The translations under genes and the position numbers were made by a program. Positions 1 through 7,772 of a DNA stretch of 64,000 bases are shown here, in pieces. Source of the DNA: Candidatus Yanofskybacteria bacterium (GTDB taxonomy: Bacteria > Patescibacteriota > Minisyncoccia > JACQLN01). The stretch's first letter is position 1. The number at the start of each line of letters is the position of its first letter. The notes under the pieces are model-generated. The model searched no databases. It had not been told where the DNA came from and saw nothing but the letters and a program-made list of their open reading frames with translations. The stretch is from assembly GCA_943359335.1 (NCBI GenBank), contig CALRHC010000002.1:1290-65289 (forward strand), read 5' to 3'.

Positions 1-111
1 CAAAGGCAGGTGAAGTGGCGGAAGTCGCCGAAAGCGACCAAGTTGGCAGATTTAGCCGCCTACAACATTTTTATAAAATATCTTTGGCGGCCGCACATGA
101 CTCAAAATAAA

Positions 112-348
112 ATGGTGTTTGTCTATGTAATAAAAAGCAAAAATAAAAATTTCAGATATGTTGGCATTACCAACAACATAAGCGAAAGACTAGATAGACA
201 TAATACTGGTAGAAATGTATCGACAAAAAACCATAAACCCTTTGTACTGATCCGCTCGGAACAATATAATGACTATAAGAAAGCAAGAATTAGAGAAAAA
301 TTTTTAAAAAGCGGAGTTGGAAGAAATTTTTTAGATAGTTTACAATAA
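112..348 (+). CDS. GIY-YIG nuclease family small protein (frame is open upstream to window edge; conserved domain starts at Met-112)
   Basis: MVFVYVIKS..FRYVGITNNISERLDRHN matches GIY-YIG motif; ORF track 10..348. Confidence 0.6.
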   Translation: MVFVYVIKSKNKNFRYVGITNNISERLDRHNTGRNVSTKNHKPFVLIRSEQYNDYKKARIREKFLKSGVGRNFLDSLQ

Positions 349-356
349 ACAACCAT

Positions 357-440
357 GCCCAGGTGGCGGAATTGGCAGACGCACAGGACTCAAAATCCTG
401 CGATAGCAATATCATGAGGGTTCGACCCCCTCCCTGGGCA
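357..440 (+). tRNA. tRNA-Leu(CAA), type II with long variable arm
   Basis: GCCCAGG acceptor / CCTGGGC, D-arm GCGGAATTGGCAGACGC, anticodon loop CTCAAAA, variable arm CGATAGCAATATCATG, T-arm AGGGTTCGACCCCCT; CCA not encoded. Confidence 0.88.
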
Positions 441-453
441 CAATACTAAAAAT

Positions 454-480
454 ACCCTATCAACCAAGAGGGTGTTTTTT
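454..480. terminator. hairpin ACCCT-N10-AGGGT followed by T-run; bidirectional (after tRNA on +, after 483..878 gene on -)
   Basis: stem-loop plus TGTTTTTT; opposite strand also T-rich. Confidence 0.5.
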
Positions 481-482
481 AT

Positions 483-878
483 TTAATTAAACTTTATAGA
501 AAACCCGTACATTCCCATGGCACATGTGCCGTTTATAACAGTGCCAATTTTTTGTGAAGGCACCTCAATTTCGGTAACACCGGATGGTGCTAAGTTTTTT
601 CGGTAATTTAAACTTGGAATAACTAATGCCGAAGAACAATCGAATGTGCCTTGTGTTTTTATTCTAATAACTGTAAGTATATCCGCTTTTGCCAAAATTT
701 CGCGAGGAGTATAGCCACCCTTGGCTTTAATTTCTATAACTTGTTTTCCATCTATAACTTGCGAAACCGCGACAGGTTCTTTATCTGGCAGACCCGAAGA
801 ATCTCTGTTGTTAGCAAAAAGTATTGCAGAAAAAACAACACCGGCAGAAATTATTATAGAAACAATTGTTAATTTCAT
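483..878 (-). CDS. hypothetical secreted/membrane-anchored protein, last gene of copper operon (possible periplasmic metal-binding protein)
   Basis: N-terminal TM/signal segment; Met/Cys-containing C-terminus; adjacent to HMA/CopA genes. Confidence 0.5.
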   Translation of the reverse strand: MKLTIVSIIISAGVVFSAILFANNRDSSGLPDKEPVAVSQVIDGKQVIEIKAKGGYTPREILAKADILTVIRIKTQGTFDCSSALVIPSLNYRKNLAPSGVTEIEVPSQKIGTVINGTCAMGMYGFSIKFN

Positions 879-881
879 TTT

Positions 882-1898
882 TTAAAAATTAAATACTGGA
901 CGCAATAACCCTGCAGCAACTAAGCTATTAATTAAATTTAAAATTCCAAAAAATATAACAATTAATCCAGCTGCTTTAAAGAAAACACCTGAATTACTCT
1001 TGTTAAAACTAAGAGAACTAAAACTTAAAAGTGAAAGCACGGGCAACGTCCCTAAAACAAAAGAAAACATTGTTAAACCACCCGTCCAAAAACTACCTGT
1101 TGTAAGTGTATATATTTGCATTGATTGTGTAAAACCACAAGGCAAAAAGAAAGTAGCTATACCAATTAAAAATGGCGTTAATGTATGGTTAATATTTTTT
1201 AAGCCGTGTATGCGCTTGCCCAAAAAAGCCGGTAGGGTTGGCTGAATTTTTTTAGCCCAAGGAAAAACATCAAGCAAATTTACACCCAAAACAAGAAGAA
1301 TTATTGCCACCAAAAAACTAAGTATAAAAATACCTGTGCCGCCTAATTGGAAAGAAGCACCAGCGATGCCAATAATTCCACCCAACAAAAAGAAAGAAAT
1401 TAAACGCCCAACGTGAAACAATATCTGAGGTTTAACCTTTTCACCTTCTTTGGCAAAATTTGCCGATATAGAAAGCACTAAACCACCCACTACCGCCATA
1501 CAAGTGGAAACAGAGGCTATAAGACCAATAACAAAAGCTGTGCCAAAACCAACATTAGAACTATTAACTAAATTTACTAACCCAATCTTTTGTAGAAAGA
1601 TAAAAAATAAAATAAAACCCAAAGCTACTGGACCGGCAATTAAAAAATCTCGCCACTTAACAGAGCGTTTTTCTTTTTCTAACAAAATTTCGTAACCGTG
1701 CAGTTTAACAACTTCGGTTAAATCTTTGACAATGTGTTCCGCAGTTTTATCGCCAAAATCTCCCGAAACTTCTACACTCAAATCTTTAAGCGAAGCCTGA
1801 GCAGAGTCCACTTCGGATAATTCTTTAAGCTCGGACTCTATTAAAACAACGCAGGCTTTGCAATGCATTCCTTTTACATGGAATTTATATTTTTTCAT
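882..1898 (-). CDS. heavy-metal-associated (HMA) domain fused to CcdA/DsbD_2-like polytopic membrane protein
   Basis: N-terminal GMHCKAC metal-binding motif; multiple TMs with conserved Cys (STCMAV, LPCGFTQ). Confidence 0.65.
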   Translation of the reverse strand: MKKYKFHVKGMHCKACVVLIESELKELSEVDSAQASLKDLSVEVSGDFGDKTAEHIVKDLTEVVKLHGYEILLEKEKRSVKWRDFLIAGPVALGFILFFIFLQKIGLVNLVNSSNVGFGTAFVIGLIASVSTCMAVVGGLVLSISANFAKEGEKVKPQILFHVGRLISFFLLGGIIGIAGASFQLGGTGIFILSFLVAIILLVLGVNLLDVFPWAKKIQPTLPAFLGKRIHGLKNINHTLTPFLIGIATFFLPCGFTQSMQIYTLTTGSFWTGGLTMFSFVLGTLPVLSLLSFSSLSFNKSNSGVFFKAAGLIVIFFGILNLINSLVAAGLLRPVFNF

Positions 1899-1900
1899 AT

Positions 1901-4198
1901 TTATAATTTTTTTGTTTTAATTCTAAGAGAATTAGTTACAACCGAAACACTGGAAGCCGCCATCGCAAAACCGGCAAAAACTGGGTTTAGCAACCAACCT
2001 AAAAATGGGTAAAAAGCACCGGCCGCTAAAGGTATGCCAACAATATTATAAATAAACGCCCAAAAAAGATTCTGCTTTATTCCACGCATTGTTATTTTAG
2101 AAAGTGTTATAGCTTTAACAAGTTTAGAGATATCTCCGTGCAATAAAGTTATACCAGCCGATTCTATAGCTACATCCGTACCTGTGGCCATAGCAATGCC
2201 AATATCGGCCTGTGCCAAAGCCGGAGCATCATTTACACCATCACCCGCCATAACAACAATCTTTCCTTGTTGTTGAAGTTCTTTAATTTTATTTAACTTA
2301 TCTTCTGGTAAAACTTCGGCTACAACTTCGTCTATACCAACTTCTTTAGCAATATAAGCAGCAGTTTGTTTATCGTCGCCAGTTAACATAACCACTTTTA
2401 GGCCTAAGCCGTGCAAACGTTTAACAGCTTCAGCTGATTCTGGTTTTACTGCATCCGCAATCATAACCACACCCAAAACTTTTTCTTTTTCTGCAACTAT
2501 TATAGGAGTTTTTCCTTCGGCAGTATCTTTTTCTATTAAACTAGAATCAAATTGAATATTTAAATCTTTAATAAGTTTAATGTTACCGGCATAATATTCT
2601 GTATTATTTACAATCCCTTTAACACCCTTGCCTTTTATAGCTTCGAAATTATTTATCTGGGTAAAAGAAATATTTTTATCTTTAGCATAATCAATAACCG
2701 AATGAGCTATAGGATGTTCAGAGTTTTTTTCAAGCGAACCTAAAATAGAAATTAATTCCTCATCTTTTTTTTCTGAAAAGTTTTTAATAGAAACAAGTTC
2801 CGGCCTACCTTTAGTTATGGTTCCAGTTTTATCTACCACAACCACATTAGCCTTATGAAGCTTTTCTAGTGTGGCAGCATCTTTAATTAAAATTCCTTCG
2901 CGAGCACCCTTACCTACTCCAACAATAATCGCGGTTGGCGTGGCTAAACCCAGTGCGCATGGACAAGCAATAACTAAAATTCCAACAAAAGAAACCAAGC
3001 CAAAAGAAAGGGCTTGCGAAAATTCCATATAGCGCGAACCAACCAAAAGCCACAAACCCAAAACCACAAAAGATAGTGCCAAAACTATCGGCACAAAAAC
3101 AGCAGAAATTTTATCGGCCAAAGCCTGTATAGGGGCTTTACTGCCCTGAGCATCTTCCACCATTCTAATTATGTGGGCCAACATAGTTTCGGAACCGACT
3201 TTAGTTGCCTTAAAAGTAAAAGCACCACTCGTATTTATTGTGCCTGCTACAACATTTTCTCCAATATCTTTTTTAACAGGGATAGGTTCGCCTGTAATCA
3301 TAGATTCATCTACATAAGAAGAACCTTCGGTTATTATGCCATCCACTGGAATTTTACCGGCGGGTTTAATTAAAATTAAATCTCCATGAATAACCTCGTC
3401 TACAGGAATTTCTTGTTCGCTACCATTACGAATTACCAAAGCGGTTTTTGCTTGCATGTTAATAAGCTTTTCTATGGCATCGCCTGTTTTTATTTTGGAA
3501 CGTGCTTCTAAATATTTCCCCAAAGTTATAAAAGTGATAACCACTATGGTTACATCAAAATAAACATTTTCAACATTTATAAATTTTTCTAAAACATCTT
3601 TAAAAATTGTAACTGCTAAACTATATGTAAAGGCTACCGATGTGCCAATACCAATAAGTGTATCCATATTAGCTTTGCCGTATTTAAGAAAACGATAAAA
3701 ACCCATTAAATATGGTTGGCCGACGTAAAACAAAACATAAGCCGCCATTAAAGGCATTATATTTTGAAAAACATTTCTTAATACAATTGGCATTTCCGAA
3801 ACAATGTCGAACATAGAAAAAATATCCCAAGCCATAAAAACAACGCTAATTATTGCAAGTGGGATAGCGGTTAATAATTTCTTCTTCATATTGGCTAGCT
3901 CCGCCAACTTTTCTTTTTTACTTTGATTTAAACCTAAATGTTCCGCATGCTCGCTTTCCGACATATTCATCTGTTCTGCTGTTAATTGATTTAACAACAA
4001 AGAATAGCCTAATGGTTCTATTTTTTTGGAAAGATTTTCCAAACTTACTTTAGATTCATCGAAAGAAATTTTGGCAGTTTCTGTTCCATAATTAACCTCG
4101 ACTGATTCCACACCATCGATTTTTTTAAATGTTTTTTCTATAATCGCCGCACAAGAAGCGCAGTGCATACCTTTAATTCTAGAGGTTTTTGTTTGCAT
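1901..4198 (-). CDS. copA: copper-translocating P1B-type ATPase
   Basis: N-terminal HMA GMHCASCA, CPC motif ACPCALG, DKTGT phosphorylation site, GDGVNDAP. Confidence 0.95.
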   Translation of the reverse strand: MQTKTSRIKGMHCASCAAIIEKTFKKIDGVESVEVNYGTETAKISFDESKVSLENLSKKIEPLGYSLLLNQLTAEQMNMSESEHAEHLGLNQSKKEKLAELANMKKKLLTAIPLAIISVVFMAWDIFSMFDIVSEMPIVLRNVFQNIMPLMAAYVLFYVGQPYLMGFYRFLKYGKANMDTLIGIGTSVAFTYSLAVTIFKDVLEKFINVENVYFDVTIVVITFITLGKYLEARSKIKTGDAIEKLINMQAKTALVIRNGSEQEIPVDEVIHGDLILIKPAGKIPVDGIITEGSSYVDESMITGEPIPVKKDIGENVVAGTINTSGAFTFKATKVGSETMLAHIIRMVEDAQGSKAPIQALADKISAVFVPIVLALSFVVLGLWLLVGSRYMEFSQALSFGLVSFVGILVIACPCALGLATPTAIIVGVGKGAREGILIKDAATLEKLHKANVVVVDKTGTITKGRPELVSIKNFSEKKDEELISILGSLEKNSEHPIAHSVIDYAKDKNISFTQINNFEAIKGKGVKGIVNNTEYYAGNIKLIKDLNIQFDSSLIEKDTAEGKTPIIVAEKEKVLGVVMIADAVKPESAEAVKRLHGLGLKVVMLTGDDKQTAAYIAKEVGIDEVVAEVLPEDKLNKIKELQQQGKIVVMAGDGVNDAPALAQADIGIAMATGTDVAIESAGITLLHGDISKLVKAITLSKITMRGIKQNLFWAFIYNIVGIPLAAGAFYPFLGWLLNPVFAGFAMAASSVSVVTNSLRIKTKKL

Positions 4199-4202
4199 TT
4201 TA

Positions 4203-4266
4203 TTTTCTTTTTAGCTTATAAACTTTTAATATTTCTTTTTAGCTTATAAACTTTTAATATTTCTTT
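4203..4266. repeat. 28-bp tandem direct repeat (ttagcttataaacttttaatatttcttt x2 plus partial) spanning csoR stop codon and copA RBS region
   Basis: identical 28-mers starting at 4211 and 4239. Confidence 0.7.
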
Positions 4267-4491
4267 TTTGGCTTTATCATTCTCACCAGAAGAAACCTGT
4301 TTTAAAACACAGCTATCCAAATGATTTTCTAACAAAAGATCCTCGGCATTGGAAAGCCCTTGCTTAACAGCAGAAGTTTGAGTAATTACATCTATACAGT
4401 AAACTCCTTTTTTAACCATTTCTTGTAAGCCCCTAACTTGCCCCTCTATTATTTTTAAGCGATGAATTATTTTATTTTTTGTGGGATTCAT
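4216..4491 (-). CDS. csoR: CsoR/RcnR family metal-sensing transcriptional repressor
   Basis: 91 aa, DUF156-like Cys..His..Cys pattern (CIDV...H...C), upstream of copA. Confidence 0.8.
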   Translation of the reverse strand: MNPTKNKIIHRLKIIEGQVRGLQEMVKKGVYCIDVITQTSAVKQGLSNAEDLLLENHLDSCVLKQVSSGENDKAKKEILKVYKLKRNIKSL

Positions 4492-4506
4492 AATGTTTAT
4501 AAGTAT

Positions 4507-4523
4507 ATACCCCTAGGGGGTAT
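4507..4523. promoter_or_regulatory. candidate CsoR operator: GC-rich imperfect palindrome ATACCCCTAGGGGGTAT 16 nt upstream of csoR start
   Basis: closely resembles known CsoR operators (e.g. B. subtilis copZA TACCCTACGGGGGTAT-type). Confidence 0.6.
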
Positions 4524-4542
4524 TATGCAAGTAATATAAAAC

Positions 4543-4557
4543 CCTCCCGAAGGAGGG
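4543..4557 (-). terminator. intrinsic terminator hairpin CCCTCC-CGAA-GGAGGG after CDP-alcohol phosphatidyltransferase gene
   Basis: stem-loop starts 5 nt after stop; minus-strand T-run TTTTATATT. Confidence 0.6.
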
Positions 4558-4561
4558 TGTT

Positions 4562-5131
4562 TTATTTTTGGGAGGGAAAAAACCTTTCTACATAGCCCCA
4601 CAAACTCAAGAAGGCGCAAACAGCAGAGCCAAACAAGTAAAAAAGGAATATGGAATCAAAGGTGGTTCTACCAATAACAGGCACAAAATAAATATCGGCA
4701 AAAAACAAACCAGCTACAAAAAAATATAACCACATTTTTACTTTACCCCAAAAATGGGCACTTACATCTAGATCTCTGAACGCACCGTAAACCCAAGTGC
4801 TAATCAAAAGAGCCTCGAAAATAAGGATAGCAATAAGAAATGCCACAGACAAAACTGCAACAAGACCAGATACATCTAATAATTTATTTAATTCAAAACC
4901 AAAAAGCGGGCAGACAAAGAGCTTGTCTCTAGCTCTATCTAAAGATTTTCCTAGAGTAGAAACGACCTTAAAAATTCTAGCCGCTTTGCCGTCAATCAAA
5001 TCGGTAAAACCGATAAAAATAATCAGAGATATCATGATTATCCCTGAATAGCCCTTGAACAAAAGCGTAATGAAAAGTATTACGGCAATCACACCCACTC
5101 CTGTTACTGCATTGGCCAAATGTTTCTTCAT
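4562..5131 (-). CDS. CDP-alcohol phosphatidyltransferase family protein (PgsA-like); likely start MKKHLAN rather than track start 5221
   Basis: DLIDGKAAR...GKSLDRARD motif (D-G-x-AR...G...D...D). Confidence 0.8.
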   Translation of the reverse strand: MKKHLANAVTGVGVIAVILFITLLFKGYSGIIMISLIIFIGFTDLIDGKAARIFKVVSTLGKSLDRARDKLFVCPLFGFELNKLLDVSGLVAVLSVAFLIAILIFEALLISTWVYGAFRDLDVSAHFWGKVKMWLYFFVAGLFFADIYFVPVIGRTTFDSIFLFYLFGSAVCAFLSLWGYVERFFPSQK

Positions 5132-5226
5132 TTTTCTCCCCCTTTTATGGTGAGTTAATAGAACCATTTTTAAAAGAACAAAAAGCCAGTGTATAGTATT
5201 ACACTGGCTTTTATTTGGCAACTATA

Positions 5227-5763
5227 TTATTTTTTAAATTTATTTTCGGTAAGTTTAAAAATTATATAACTTACTACAGCGCCTACTACCCAACCCGCAA
5301 TAATATCACTCGGCCAATGAACCCCTGCCGCAACTCTTGCTACACCTATTAGTATAGCTGAAGCAAAAAGAAAAACGCTTAACTTTGGTTGCTTGGCTAA
5401 ATAAAAATAAACAGCCAAGGCCATAAAAAAAGTAGCGTGCCCAGAAGGAAAAGATGCCTCTAACGGATTTTGATTTATAAGTGCGTCGAGCCCACCAAAA
5501 ACAAAGGGACGTTCGCGTGGATACAAATAACGAATTAAAGATGTTACACCAAACCTCGCTACTAAAGCCGAAAAAATTGCTAAACCAGTATGAACCGCTC
5601 TAGTTTTTAAATCGGACTTTCTAAATTTTGGTGTCCACAAATAAAAAAGCAAAACTACAACAACTACAAATTCCCAATATGCCGCAAAGAGAATTATTAG
5701 CGTGTCCGTAAAAACATTCTTAAAAGACAGATTATAAATTGATGCAAAAAAAATATTATCCAT
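5227..5763 (-). CDS. PAP2 family phosphatase (undecaprenyl-diphosphatase/PgpB-like)
   Basis: KxxxxxxRP (YPRERPF), PSGH, SRxxxxxHxxxD (ARVAAGVHWPSD) motifs. Confidence 0.8.
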   Translation of the reverse strand: MDNIFFASIYNLSFKNVFTDTLIILFAAYWEFVVVVVLLFYLWTPKFRKSDLKTRAVHTGLAIFSALVARFGVTSLIRYLYPRERPFVFGGLDALINQNPLEASFPSGHATFFMALAVYFYLAKQPKLSVFLFASAILIGVARVAAGVHWPSDIIAGWVVGAVVSYIIFKLTENKFKK

Positions 5764-6973
5764 TAAAAACAAAATTATTGGCCAAACTTTTAACCTCTTC
5801 TCTTATTTTACCTAAATCTTCCTTATTTTGTAAGGTTTTGTGTATAAGTTCAGCTATTTTTTTCATATCATCTTCTTTCATTCCCCTTGTTGTTACCGAA
5901 GGTGTACCAATTCTTATACCCGAAGGATCCCAAGGTTTGCGAAGATCGTACGGAATCATATTTTTATTAACAATAATTCCAACTTCTTCCAACTTTTTAC
6001 CAGCTTCCGAACCAGTTAATTTTAAAGGAGTAACATCTATTAGCATTAAGTGATTATCCGTTCCACCAGAAACCACAGAAAAACCAAAGTTAGATAATTC
6101 TTTAGATAAAGCTTTGGCATTATTAACTACTTGGTTTGCATATTCTTTAAAACTAGATCGGCTAGCTTCTTCTAAAGAAATTCCGATGGCTGCGATTGTA
6201 TGCAGTTGAGGCCCACCCTGTAATCCGGGGAAAATTGCCTTATCGATATTTTCCGATAATTCTTTTTTAGAAATAATTATTGCGCCCCTCGGCCCACGCA
6301 AAGTTTTATGTGTAGTTGTCGTAACGATATCGGCATAAGGAAATGGAGATAAATGAACACCTCCAGCAACCAAGCCTGCGATATGGGATAAATCTACCAT
6401 TAATTTTGCACCAACCGCATCGGCAATTTCTTTAAATTTTTTAAAGTCTATTATTCTAGGATATGCCGTAGCACCCGCAACTATTAATTTTGGGTTAAAC
6501 TTTTTAGCTTGTTCTAAAATATTTTCGTAATCCAATAAACCATCTTTGCCAACACCGTAGTGTTCAAATTTAAATAATTTTCCAGTAAAACTTACACCGT
6601 GTCCGTGTGTTAAATGGCCACCATGCTCTAGCGACATGGCTAAAACTTTATCGCCTAATTCTAACACCCCCAGATATGCAGCTAAATTAGCAATACTGCC
6701 AGAATAAGCCTGAACGTTCACACCCCATTCGGTATCTGAAATTTCAAAAACCTTATAAACCAAGCTCTTTGTTTCGTCTTCTATTTTATCTACAACTTCG
6801 TTACCAAAATAATAACGTTGATGTGATTTACCTTCAGCGTATTTATTGGTTAAAACCGATCCCAGTGTAGTTAAAACATTTTTTGAAACAAAATTTTCCG
6901 AAGGAATTAAATTTATAGTTTCATTTTGACGATCTTTTTCGAGTTGTAAAAGTTTAATTATGTTTGAATCCAT
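5756..6973 (-). CDS. glyA: serine hydroxymethyltransferase
   Basis: 405 aa, THKTLRGPRG PLP-lysine motif. Confidence 0.95.
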   Translation of the reverse strand: MDSNIIKLLQLEKDRQNETINLIPSENFVSKNVLTTLGSVLTNKYAEGKSHQRYYFGNEVVDKIEDETKSLVYKVFEISDTEWGVNVQAYSGSIANLAAYLGVLELGDKVLAMSLEHGGHLTHGHGVSFTGKLFKFEHYGVGKDGLLDYENILEQAKKFNPKLIVAGATAYPRIIDFKKFKEIADAVGAKLMVDLSHIAGLVAGGVHLSPFPYADIVTTTTHKTLRGPRGAIIISKKELSENIDKAIFPGLQGGPQLHTIAAIGISLEEASRSSFKEYANQVVNNAKALSKELSNFGFSVVSGGTDNHLMLIDVTPLKLTGSEAGKKLEEVGIIVNKNMIPYDLRKPWDPSGIRIGTPSVTTRGMKEDDMKKIAELIHKTLQNKEDLGKIREEVKSLANNFVFNG

Positions 6974-6974
6974 T

Positions 6975-7625
6975 TTATTTAATCTGTATAGTTTTTAGAA
7001 TGTTTAAAAAATTTTCTTTATTAGTTGGATTTATTCTAACAATTCTAGCATTGTCTGTTGTTAGATCAATTATGGTCGATGGATCTGATTCTGGCAAAAC
7101 TCCATTATCTATAAATAGATCAGGTTGAATATCTTCTCTACTAAATCTTTCGATAATTTCTCTAGAATCTAACGAGGAAATTTCACCCGAAATATTAGCC
7201 GAAGTTGCTATAACGGGTCCTTCAAAATCTTTTATTAAACTTTGGCAAAAATAATTATCTGGCATTCTTAGAGCAATTGAATTTCTACCAGCGGTAAGCA
7301 AAAAAGAAATGCTGGGCTTTTTCTTTAATATAAAAGTAAATGGACCCGGCCAAAAACTTTTTAATATTTTTTCTCTAGACTTATCTATAACCGCCATGGC
7401 TTTCGCCATACTTATAGAATTAACTATAACCGGCAGAGGTTTTTTCTCTGGGCGTTTTTTAATAGCGAAAATTTTTCTTATAGCATCGTTATCAAAGACA
7501 TTAGCTCCCATACCATAAAGAGTGTCTGTAGGATAAATTATTACCCGCCCTTTTAACAAAGCTAACGCGGCTTCTTTTGAGGCTAACTCCGGAGAGAAAT
7601 TATTACGAATATCTAGTATCTTCAT
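6975..7625 (-). CDS. tsaC: L-threonylcarbamoyladenylate synthase (YrdC/Sua5 family)
   Basis: YPTDTLYGMGANVFD motif, 216 aa. Confidence 0.85.
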   Translation of the reverse strand: MKILDIRNNFSPELASKEAALALLKGRVIIYPTDTLYGMGANVFDNDAIRKIFAIKKRPEKKPLPVIVNSISMAKAMAVIDKSREKILKSFWPGPFTFILKKKPSISFLLTAGRNSIALRMPDNYFCQSLIKDFEGPVIATSANISGEISSLDSREIIERFSREDIQPDLFIDNGVLPESDPSTIIDLTTDNARIVRINPTNKENFLNILKTIQIK

Positions 7626-7669
7626 TAGTTTTCGCTAATATACCAATTATTAAGAATATAGCCAATAAA

Positions 7670-7769
7670 AATTCGCATTGGTTTGAGCGATTTCAAGGAG
7701 GTTCAATTTAAATATAAAGAGGGAGAATGTAAGTACCCCTCCTTGCAGGAGCGAAAACTGATGCGAATT
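7670..7769. repeat. intergenic repeat family F1 copy 1: conserved approx 65-nt core (GAGCGATTTCAAGGAGG...CCTCCTTGCAGGAGCGAAAA) closed by site-specific stem AATTCGCAT/ATGCGAATT
   Basis: 3 near-identical cores in window (also 11132-11216, 31345-31432); internal CAAGGAGG/CCTCCTTG hairpin; lies immediately 3' of leuS. Confidence 0.65.
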
Positions 7770-7772
7770 AAT

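Noticed and set aside
1-100. GC-rich stretch at the 5' window edge (GGCGGAAGTCGCCGAAAGCGACC...GCCGCC) that looks hairpin-rich
   Set aside because: Truncated by the window boundary and lies in-frame with the upstream extension of the GIY-YIG ORF. I cannot decide between a coding N-terminal extension, an RNA 3' end, or island sequence.
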